This document shows, one piece after another, positions 17,915 through 26,030 of a stretch of DNA of 40,664 nucleotides. The DNA is taken from assembly GCA_023485715.1 (NCBI GenBank), contig JAMCZG010000030.1, positions 1 to 40,664 of the forward strand. The letters are read 5' to 3'. This DNA comes from Patescibacteria group bacterium. GTDB taxonomy: Bacteria; Patescibacteriota; Microgenomatia; Levybacterales; UBA12049. The notes under the pieces are model-generated. The model saw only the letters and a program-made list of their open reading frames with translations. It ran no database searches and was not told where the DNA came from. The position numbers and the translations under genes are program-made. The first letter of the stretch is position 1, and each line of letters starts with the position of its first letter.

Positions 17915-20900
17915 TTATTTATTTTCTATCGGGACGGTTATTGTCTTTTTTGTTCTGAAAACTTGTTCGACGTTGCCGTTGTTATCGAATTCAAAGACTT
18001 TGGCACTCGAGGATCCTTCGGCCGCATCCAAAGCAAGGTCCAAAGAAGGAGATATATTTACTTTTAAGTATTCATACTGAAAAGTAAACCAAAGCGCGTC
18101 TGGTAAACCCACCGGGAAAACCCACGCTTCTCCTTTTTTAATCGGTACATTAGTAAAGTAAAAAACCGGATTATATGTCGCCGCTTTAGTTTTTGCAAAA
18201 GTCTCATTAAAGTCCACCAATAATTTACTTGTAATACTACCTGCTCTTTTCCAATCTTCGTTTATTCTTATTAATTCATAAATATTGAAAACCAAAAACA
18301 ACCCGACACAAATAACCAGAAAACTAATCGAGTAAAATTTGTTTCTGAATAAAAACAAGCGGTCGAAAATTAATTTTATTATAAACACAAACAAAAGCAG
18401 AGCCCCAAACGATGCTAAATATACATAGCGAATCGATATGTTGCCCAATCCCAAATATGGAAGCAGAGCCAAGATAAATATAGCGATAGAAATTAACACA
18501 ACTTTTCTATCCGAAGAACCAAGTTTTTTAATTAAGAACCTGTAAATTGAATACAAGACTACAAGGATTATTACGATAGCAATAACGATATATATCGGAT
18601 TCGATTTGCCAAACAAGCGCAGTTTTTGATAGAAATCAAGCCATTTTGTACCGAAAAAAACCAGTCCTAAATATCCAAAAATATTTCCAAAAAAATTATA
18701 GGGAAAATGTAATAAATTATAATTGTAGTCGCCGCTGAGCCAATGACTTTGCGAAATATTTCTTACCCATAAATAGATCGGAATTGAAACTAAATAGATT
18801 AGATAATAGCCGCTATTAATAATAACCCGCGCTCCTTTTCTCATTATTATTTCGTATGCAATAATAAGTAGTGGCGCGATAATCCCGAGTTCATAAAAAA
18901 GAGGTGCTAAAAACACTGCTAACACTGAAAAAACAAGATAAACCCAAGCTTTCTTTTCCTTCCAAAGAATATAAAACAACAAGCCGAAAAGAATGAAAAC
19001 CACAGAAATTAAATGGCCTGTGGAAGAAATCCAATATACAACCTCAGAGTGAGATCCTAAAACCAAAAAGAACAATGCTACGATAAAAGCGAAGAGTTTG
19101 CTTTTTAATATCTTTTTGGAGATGATAAAAACAAGCGAAGACACGATCGCATGTAAAATAACCGAAAAAACGTGATACGCGACCGGATTTAACCAAAAAA
19201 TCGCGTAGGTTATATAGAAATATATTTTTGCTCCGGGCCTGTAGAAAAATCCATCTGAGTTAGTAAAATAATTTGCTATAGTATTCCAAGGTGGCTCACA
19301 TTTAACTAACCCGCTTTTGTATAAAACTTTTTTGCAATCTGCTGCCCATTTAAGCCATGTAAAATCATCTCCCACGAAAAAATTTCCAAATATCATCCAG
19401 AAAATTCCGAAAGCGATAAGAAAAATATATATAATGAGAAATGTTGATGATAAGGCTAGCTCTTTAAACTCCTTAAAGTAATTTATTTTTCTTTTTTTAT
19501 AAAGATGTAATATCCCCAATGTGATTCCGACCAGTAGCCAGAGAACAAAAGCCACTTTGGAAGCCTCAAAAACATCGATAAGTACTGCGTTTAAGCCTAA
19601 ACCGAAGATACCGGCTACAAATCCCAAAACAAAACTTTTAACGACTTTCGAATCAACGTCATCTATTACCTTTTTAATATATATACCCATTACAAAAAAT
19701 ATCGACAAAAACGATACAAGACCCAAGACGCCAATTTCTCCCAAAATTCTTAAATAATTATTATCTGTAGCCAAACTGATCGAAGAATATCCGCTTCCGG
19801 TAAAGATATTCCGATTAAGCGCATCGATTGCTCTTGGCCATTCCCCTTGAAATCTGGTAGTGAAAGAAACATCGTAAGCCAGCGCCTTTTTAACAACAAA
19901 ATTTCCCTCTACGCTCGTTATCTCGTCCGATTCTTCTCCCCCGCCGACTTTTAGCCTTTTGTAAAAAACTTGGGTTATTGTCTTTTCTGTCGGCTCAGAA
20001 GGAAAACTGATGTAGCCCGTGCCTTGAGGTAAATTTTCCCCGGTTGACTGTATTTCTTCGATCACAACCGGCTGGGCTTTTTTGTCGGTTTTTTTGGAAG
20101 TTTTTTTAACCCCTGTTTTATCCACCGATTGCGTAGCTATTCCGACTGGTTTGCCCGTTCTAGCATCGACAACTAAATCTACCTGCGTGATAGTACTCGC
20201 AAAACGCTCCGATATTCCTTGAAAAAAATTAAGTAAAAGCAAGCTTACAATGATTACGGGCAAAATGAATTTTTTCTTTTTCTGAATAACAAGCAGAATT
20301 ATTACCGTAATTAAATAGACCGCAAAAGATACCCGAGATTCTGTCATTAACAGAAGTATTAACCCCAAAAACGCCGTAACTAACATTAATAACTTTGCGA
20401 ATATATTTTTAAATCCAAAAAACAAACTACCGATAAGAGGAATCATTAAAACCAAATACGCAGCTAGATCGTAATGTCCTGCAAATGTAGACGGAACCCT
20501 AGAATATTCCGACAGTCTTAGAGGAATACCTTTGGCAAATTCCTCGTTCATCGTAAGAAACGCCGGAAAACCAAAGAATCTTTGACCGATTCCATAAAAT
20601 ACTACAGTACATAAAGTTGCAACCAACACGGTGATAATAGGATAAATAAACTTTTTGTCTCGGATCGAAAAATATGCGACAAAAAAAAGAGAGATGTATT
20701 CGATTCTCCTTAAATAATGCAGCCAGGCAACACTCGGAAATACGTTTAATAGAGACGGGAAAATAAAATAAATGGCGTAAACTGTCGATATGAGTCCTAC
20801 TAACCAGAAAATAACTATCGGTATCGTAAGCGGAGTTTTAATCCCGGCTTTTTTACGGATAAGCTGGATAAACCATGCAAAAACAGCAATTAGAACCAGA

Positions 20901-21037
20901 AAATCTTCCACCCTTATATATACCCACGTATGTTTCACGTCCAGAAGAGGAAGTTTCGGATACAATGGAATAAATGCCAATAAAAATAGCGTAATAAGAA
21001 GCAGAACATTGTCTGAGAACCATTTAAATATCTTCAT
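17915..21037 (-). CDS. Fusion of an O-antigen ligase/Wzy_C-like domain with a GT-C-like domain
   Basis: N half: RVPSTF, TESRVS, GSGYSS, TDNNYLRILGEIGVLG. C half from about residue 530: FVGDDFTW, FYRP, YHVFSVILH, HSEVVYWISS, RYVYLAS. Confidence 0.75.
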   Translation of the reverse strand: MKIFKWFSDNVLLLITLFLLAFIPLYPKLPLLDVKHTWVYIRVEDFLVLIAVFAWFIQLIRKKAGIKTPLTIPIVIFWLVGLISTVYAIYFIFPSLLNVFPSVAWLHYLRRIEYISLFFVAYFSIRDKKFIYPIITVLVATLCTVVFYGIGQRFFGFPAFLTMNEEFAKGIPLRLSEYSRVPSTFAGHYDLAAYLVLMIPLIGSLFFGFKNIFAKLLMLVTAFLGLILLLMTESRVSFAVYLITVIILLVIQKKKKFILPVIIVSLLLLNFFQGISERFASTITQVDLVVDARTGKPVGIATQSVDKTGVKKTSKKTDKKAQPVVIEEIQSTGENLPQGTGYISFPSEPTEKTITQVFYKRLKVGGGEESDEITSVEGNFVVKKALAYDVSFTTRFQGEWPRAIDALNRNIFTGSGYSSISLATDNNYLRILGEIGVLGLVSFLSIFFVMGIYIKKVIDDVDSKVVKSFVLGFVAGIFGLGLNAVLIDVFEASKVAFVLWLLVGITLGILHLYKKRKINYFKEFKELALSSTFLIIYIFLIAFGIFWMIFGNFFVGDDFTWLKWAADCKKVLYKSGLVKCEPPWNTIANYFTNSDGFFYRPGAKIYFYITYAIFWLNPVAYHVFSVILHAIVSSLVFIISKKILKSKLFAFIVALFFLVLGSHSEVVYWISSTGHLISVVFILFGLLFYILWKEKKAWVYLVFSVLAVFLAPLFYELGIIAPLLIIAYEIIMRKGARVIINSGYYLIYLVSIPIYLWVRNISQSHWLSGDYNYNLLHFPYNFFGNIFGYLGLVFFGTKWLDFYQKLRLFGKSNPIYIVIAIVIILVVLYSIYRFLIKKLGSSDRKVVLISIAIFILALLPYLGLGNISIRYVYLASFGALLLFVFIIKLIFDRLFLFRNKFYSISFLVICVGLFLVFNIYELIRINEDWKRAGSITSKLLVDFNETFAKTKAATYNPVFYFTNVPIKKGEAWVFPVGLPDALWFTFQYEYLKVNISPSLDLALDAAEGSSSAKVFEFDNNGNVEQVFRTKKTITVPIENK

Positions 21038-21909
21038 GTTTTTAATTTTATAGCTGTTCTATAAGTATTTAATAAATATTTATCCCGCGTCAATAGCCCT
21101 ATCGAAATTGCGATTAAAGCCTTAAAAAATAAGAAAACTTTAACTACATTATATTCTAAAAAGCCTTTATGTTTCTTATAGAAATAAATTATACCTTTAT
21201 AGATATTTATGATCGCAAATGACCTGTTGCTACTTCCGTGCTCGCTATGGAGAATCTTGACGTCAGGATAAAAGTAAGTCGAATAACCCATTTTTTTTGC
21301 CCTTAAGCATAAATCCATGTCTTCTAAATACATAAAAAAATTATCATCGAAACCGTCTAATTTTCTGAAAAGATCCGCTCTTATCATAAGCGATGCCCCG
21401 CTCACCCAATCGACCATTGCTTCTTTATCGGGACTTGTTCTCAATAATTTTTCTCCTCCGAAAAGCATTAAAAAAATATTAATTAAATCAAAAAACTTAC
21501 CCGCAGAATCCTGGTTTGTTTCGTCGGTATTTTTTAATTTCCCCCCCAAAATACCCACATGAGTATGCTTTTCTAAAAAATCTATCATTCTTTTTATGCC
21601 CCTATCTAAGACTTGTGTGTCCGAATTTAAAAATAAAAAATATTTACCGGACGCTTGTTTTGCTCCTAAATTATTTCCGCCGGAAAAACCCAAATTCTTC
21701 TTGTTCGAAATGACTTTAAGATTAGAAATTTCCTTTTTTAATACAGATATTTCTTCAACCGAATCATCGTTCGAGCCGTTGTCGACAACAATAATTTCGA
21801 TATTTTTTTTACTCAACTCATCTTTATAGATATCAAAAACAGAATTGACACACGAGACTGTGAAATCTCCTGTTTTATAGTTTAAAATTATAATCGATAA
21901 AATCGTCAT
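21034..21909 (-). CDS. GT2 glycosyltransferase
   Basis: SIIILNY, VVDNGSND, NLGFSGGNN, FLNSD, DWVSGA, FDDNFFMYLEDMD. Confidence 0.9.
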   Translation of the reverse strand: MTILSIIILNYKTGDFTVSCVNSVFDIYKDELSKKNIEIIVVDNGSNDDSVEEISVLKKEISNLKVISNKKNLGFSGGNNLGAKQASGKYFLFLNSDTQVLDRGIKRMIDFLEKHTHVGILGGKLKNTDETNQDSAGKFFDLINIFLMLFGGEKLLRTSPDKEAMVDWVSGASLMIRADLFRKLDGFDDNFFMYLEDMDLCLRAKKMGYSTYFYPDVKILHSEHGSSNRSFAIINIYKGIIYFYKKHKGFLEYNVVKVFLFFKALIAISIGLLTRDKYLLNTYRTAIKLKT

Positions 21910-21930
21910 TTAATCGGATTTTGAAGAAAA

Positions 21931-22524
21931 TTAACGAAACCAAGCCGCACGCCCTAATTTATATGACAGGTCTTTAATTTCCCTTCTTCTTATTAATTTT
22001 GCCGGAACTCCACCGACTATTTCCATTTGTTTAACATCAGAAGTTACAACCGCTCCGGCAGCAATAACAGCTCCCTTGCCGATTTTTACGCCGGGGAGAA
22101 TAATCGCCCTTGGCCCAATAAAAACATAGTCTTCGATAATTACTGGCGCTGAAACACTCATAAAATTAACGTTGTCTACATCATGCTGTGAATTATAAAT
22201 CATAACATCACTTGCAATATCGACATGGTTTCCGATTAAAACTTTGTTTCTTCCGTCTAAAACTATCCCCTCGCCGATAATTGTATCTTTTCCGATTTCG
22301 ATATTCCCGGGGTTATAAAATCTTGTACCCATGTGTATCGCAGATCCTTTACCGATTTTTACGCCAGCGAGCCTGTAGAAAAACCTTCGAAAATGATGGC
22401 AGGGAACATAACCGACACAATGTAAAAGCATGACCTCAAACTCCAATAAGATTGTGAAAAAACGGTCTGCCATTTTTTCTGATATCTCTTTATTCGATAA
22501 TTCCTTACCGTATTTATCCTTCAT
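21931..22524 (-). CDS. Hexapeptide-repeat (left-handed beta-helix) O-acyltransferase
   Basis: GVKIGKGSAI, IEDYVFIGPRAIILPGVKIGKGAVIAAGAVV, VGGVPAK. ATG 22524 is preferred over TTG 22545. Confidence 0.88.
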   Translation of the reverse strand: MKDKYGKELSNKEISEKMADRFFTILLEFEVMLLHCVGYVPCHHFRRFFYRLAGVKIGKGSAIHMGTRFYNPGNIEIGKDTIIGEGIVLDGRNKVLIGNHVDIASDVMIYNSQHDVDNVNFMSVSAPVIIEDYVFIGPRAIILPGVKIGKGAVIAAGAVVTSDVKQMEIVGGVPAKLIRRREIKDLSYKLGRAAWFR

Positions 22525-22528
22525 AAAA

Positions 22529-23662
22529 TTATTTTCGCGCGACAACGTTTTCCAAGACGTTCAATGTTTCTCTGGCGGTTTTTTCCCAGCTAAATTTTTT
22601 CACCTGTTCGTAACCTTTTTTAACCATTTCCGATCTGAGTTTTTTGTCTTCGATAACTCGTTTGATTTTAGAAGCCATATCTTCCGGAGTTTTTGGATCA
22701 AAATATAAAGCTGCATCTCCCCCCGCTTCGGGCAAACTACTAACATTGCTTGCGAGTACAGGACAACCATTTGCCATTGCCTCAAGCACCGGTAATCCAA
22801 AACCTTCGTATAAACTTGGTAAAACAAAGCATAAGGCATTTTTATATAACAAAGTTAATTCTGAGTCCGACACAAATTCTAAAAATCTTACATTTTCTGA
22901 AACACCAAACTTTTCTGGCGCCTTAAGAATTTCTTCAAAAAGCCACCCTTTTTTACCAACGATAATTAATTGGAGATCGTTAATATTTCCTCTTTTCGAA
23001 ATTAAAGAGAATGCTTCGATTAAACCGGTTATGTTTTTTCTTGGCTGTAATGTCCCGACAAACAAAATATAATCTCCTTTGATCCCGTATTTTCTTTTTA
23101 TAATATCCATATCTGCTGTTTTTAACCCGTTATTTTCGACTGTTTTTAACCCAGGATAAGTTACAACTACTTTATCTTCGGTTAATTTATATAGCTTAAT
23201 TATATCATCTTTACTCGCCTGGCTAATAGTAAAAATTTTCTTTGCTTTTTTTACAGAATAATTCGTCCAGTTCTTTAATTGATAAAGATCTTTTTTGGTA
23301 AACATTTCGGGAAAATAAATATAAGAAAGGTCCATTACCGAAATCACTGTCGGAACCGGAGAAAATCTTGGAGAGTAGTGCGTTGGCGTAAAAAAAACGT
23401 CTGGCCAGGGTTTATGTAAATATAGATTAATCGGCAACCCAAATTGGGTCCAAAATTTTTTAGGCCGCACTATTTTGTATTCCCAGCCCTCTCTGCTTTT
23501 TGGAAAATCCATAACGGGGTTATCTTTTAAATAAATTTTAAACCGGTATTTTTGGACCGGTAACCCGAAGCTTTCAAATTGTTTTAATATTTCGAATGCG
23601 TATTCGCCGATCCCCACTCTTTTTTGAACATTTGCTTCATTTCCGTCGATCCCGATTACCAT
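22529..23662 (-). CDS. GT4 glycosyltransferase
   Basis: IGIDGNEAN, FVGTLQPRKN, PSLYEGFGLPVLEAM, FSWEKTA. Confidence 0.92.
   Translation of the reverse strand: MVIGIDGNEANVQKRVGIGEYAFEILKQFESFGLPVQKYRFKIYLKDNPVMDFPKSREGWEYKIVRPKKFWTQFGLPINLYLHKPWPDVFFTPTHYSPRFSPVPTVISVMDLSYIYFPEMFTKKDLYQLKNWTNYSVKKAKKIFTISQASKDDIIKLYKLTEDKVVVTYPGLKTVENNGLKTADMDIIKRKYGIKGDYILFVGTLQPRKNITGLIEAFSLISKRGNINDLQLIIVGKKGWLFEEILKAPEKFGVSENVRFLEFVSDSELTLLYKNALCFVLPSLYEGFGLPVLEAMANGCPVLASNVSSLPEAGGDAALYFDPKTPEDMASKIKRVIEDKKLRSEMVKKGYEQVKKFSWEKTARETLNVLENVVARK
23116..23152. repeat. 13-bp direct repeat CTGTTTTTAACCC, 24 bp apart
   Basis: Copies at 23116-23128 and 23140-23152; encodes GLKT twice in the GT4 interdomain linker. 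Confidence 0.6.
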
Positions 23663-23665
23663 AAT

Positions 23666-24211
23666 CTAAGCTCCCGGGTAAATTACCCTAATCTTATCGT
23701 CTTCTATGCCCAGAATTTCTTCGATATCTCTTTTTGTCGATTTTGAGATACAAAAAACTATATCCGATTCTTTTTTTACCCATTTTAGCTTTCTTTTTTG
23801 CGTCGCGATTATTTTTGAATCTGTTTCCCGAGGATATTTATAAACAATCATATCGTAAATTATCGTCGCTTTTTTGGCTTTTTTCGTTGGTGGTTCAAGC
23901 CAATCGGAAGTAATAAATAGATCTATGTCTCCGATAAACCACTCGATCGGAAAAATATGCAATCGATTCCATAATAAGTCCAAAAATGTAGGAGGAAACC
24001 TGAATTTTTTAACCTTAATATTTTTATAATTTGATTGAAAATTGTCCCGCTGAGCGGGAGAAAATTGAAAATTCTTTCTGAGTGACGAAAAAAATAAGAT
24101 GTACTCATTTTTTCTATCGTATTCTATTAAGGCAGAAACCAGATTTTTAACATATTCCCCTACCCCTGTTTCCCTATACGCAATTTGACTTATATCGATT
24201 CCTATTTTCAA
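23666..24211 (-). CDS. GT4 N-terminal domain only (181 aa)
   Basis: MKIGIDIS..TGVGEY, IIYDM, ISKSTKRDI; ends at IRVIYPGA with no ExFG domain. Confidence 0.75.
   Translation of the reverse strand: MKIGIDISQIAYRETGVGEYVKNLVSALIEYDRKNEYILFFSSLRKNFQFSPAQRDNFQSNYKNIKVKKFRFPPTFLDLLWNRLHIFPIEWFIGDIDLFITSDWLEPPTKKAKKATIIYDMIVYKYPRETDSKIIATQKRKLKWVKKESDIVFCISKSTKRDIEEILGIEDDKIRVIYPGA
24037..24073 (-). repeat. In-frame (AATTTTC) heptamer array interrupted by hairpin TCCCGC-TCA-GCGGGA
   Basis: AATTTTC AATTTTC [TCCCGCTCAGCGGGAC] AATTTTC; encodes NFQFSPAQRDNFQ. Confidence 0.85.
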
Positions 24212-24213
24212 AT

Positions 24214-24435
24214 TTACCTTTCTTTTTTTAAATTAATACCAGCCATTAAAACTGCCACAAGAAAACACGCTGCGGCATACCAAACAAGACGCTCTGCGGT
24301 AAAAAATATCCAGAACGAAAAAAGAGGAATCGACATAACCAACAATAATACCCCCACAATCGTTGCCCAACGGGGATTCCTCATAAAAATCAAGAAAGCT
24401 AGTATTACCAAAAAAAATATATCCTGAATTTTCAT
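24214..24435 (-). CDS. Small polytopic membrane protein
   Basis: 73 aa with about 3 hydrophobic segments, FFTAERL; packed tightly against the next gene. Confidence 0.7.
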   Translation of the reverse strand: MKIQDIFFLVILAFLIFMRNPRWATIVGVLLLVMSIPLFSFWIFFTAERLVWYAAACFLVAVLMAGINLKKER

Positions 24436-24459
24436 CTACGCTTTACTCTAATTCTGATC

Positions 24460-24488
24460 TTGTCTATAATATAATCCGTTTATATAAT
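24460..24488 (+). promoter_or_regulatory. Putative sigma70 promoter
   Basis: TTGTCT-N17-TATAAT, 9 nt before ATG 24498. Confidence 0.6.
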
Positions 24489-24497
24489 AATGCGTTC

Positions 24498-25097
24498 ATG
24501 AAAAAAACTCAACTTCCGAGTAATTATTCAAAGCATAAAAGCGGCGATATCTCGAGACAATTCCTTATTAAAAATTTTTACAACATTTTAATAAGAACAA
24601 TAAAACCACTAGAGCCAAAAACAATTCTGGATGTAGGCTGTGGCGAGGGATTTACGCTCCAAAAATTAAAAGAAAATAAAATTGGAGTTCTGCTTAAGGG
24701 CATCGATAAATCTGATATTTCTATAGATATCGGGAGAAAAATGTTTCCCGACCTTGATCTTAAGACAGGAGATATTTATAAATTATCTTATAATAAAAAT
24801 TCATTTGATCTTGTAGTATGCTCTGAGGTTTTGGAGCACCTTAAAAGCCCGATAATCGCATTAGAAGAATTAAAAAGAGTATCCAAGCAGTATTTATTAC
24901 TAACGGTTCCGAATGAACCGTTTTACCGGATAAGCAGATTTTTACGGGGGATTAATGTTGCAAACTTCGGGGACCATCCAGAACACATAAATCATTGGGG
25001 AATGATATCTTTTAAAAATTTGATAAAAAGTGCCAGGCTGAAGATTACAACTATTAACTATCCGTTTCCGTGGATAATGATTCTTGCCGAAAAATAA
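24498..25097 (+). CDS. Class I SAM-dependent methyltransferase
   Basis: ILDVGCGEG, FDLVVCSEVLEHL, TVPNEP, HINHW. Confidence 0.9.
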   Translation: MKKTQLPSNYSKHKSGDISRQFLIKNFYNILIRTIKPLEPKTILDVGCGEGFTLQKLKENKIGVLLKGIDKSDISIDIGRKMFPDLDLKTGDIYKLSYNKNSFDLVVCSEVLEHLKSPIIALEELKRVSKQYLLLTVPNEPFYRISRFLRGINVANFGDHPEHINHWGMISFKNLIKSARLKITTINYPFPWIMILAEK

Positions 25098-25106
25098 ACC
25101 GTGATC

Positions 25107-26030
25107 TTATTCTGTCGAGTACCTTAAAATAAACTCTTTATCTTTTTTATTCGACAGGTTAATTATAAGATCTGCCAAAAAACCGGTAAAATAGACCTGG
25201 AACCGTTAGTAATACAAAAGCATTCCTAGGAAAAGCACGGGACGTCTGTTAATCGCATATCCCTGAAAATGGATAACTGTTAAATACCCAAGTATTATAA
25301 CACCTATTAGCGCTAAAACAGTCCCGGCAAATCCAAAAAAATGCAACGGCCTTTTACCATAACGTGTTAAGAATAACATCGTAAACACGTCGGGAAGATC
25401 TTTCCATAATGCGATAAAACCGTATTTTGATTTTCCAAAACGCCTATTTTCATGCACGATTTCTATTTCTGAAACAGTAAATCCGTTTAAATAAGCTATC
25501 AAAGAAACAAACCTATACAGTCCACCATATAAGTCGATCGATTTTACTACTTCTTTTCTATAGATTTTAAACCCACAATTGTAATCGTGTAGTTTAAGGC
25601 CCCAAATAACCCGAATAATAAAATTAGATAATTTTGAAGATATCACCCGACTAAAAGAATGTTTTCTATTTTTCCTCCACCCAGAAACCACATCCCATCC
25701 CTCATGTATTTTTTTATAAAACTTTTGCAGTTCTTTCGGGTTGTCTTCAAGATCGGCATCCATCGTAACGACAAAATCGCCCTTTGCCTTCTGAAATCCA
25801 AGACTTAATGCTTCTGCTTTTCCCTGATTTTTTCTGAAAGAAAATATTCTAACAGCTTTATTTTTTTCTGCAATTTGTTTTAGAAAATCGAGAGATCCGT
25901 CGGTTGACCCGTCATCTACAAAAATTATTTCATAATTTTTTTCTATATTTTTTACTTCTTTTAATAAAAGCTCGTATAAAACTGGTAAACTTTCTACCTC
26001 GTTTAAAAGAGGAATAACTATACTAATCAT
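25107..26030 (-). pseudogene. GT2 polyprenol-phosphate glycosyltransferase (ArnC/GtrB/DPM1-like) with an in-frame TAA at 25206-25208
   Basis: SIVIPLLNE, VDDGSTD, NQGKAEAL, TMDADL, HDYNCGFK, RRFGKSKY, RPLHFFG. The same frame continues RFQVYFTGFLADLIIN...STE to a stop at 25107. Confidence 0.75.

Noticed and set aside
22079..22365. 14-bp repeat CCGATTTTTACGCC
   Set aside because: Explained by GVKIG hexapeptide repeats.
23542..23561. Two ACCGGT sites forming a possible stem
   Set aside because: Short, inside a CDS and plausible by chance.
431..25208. Stop-codon reassignment to explain the internal stops
   Set aside because: The two stops differ (TAG, TAA), and TAA, TAG and TGA all end normal genes here.
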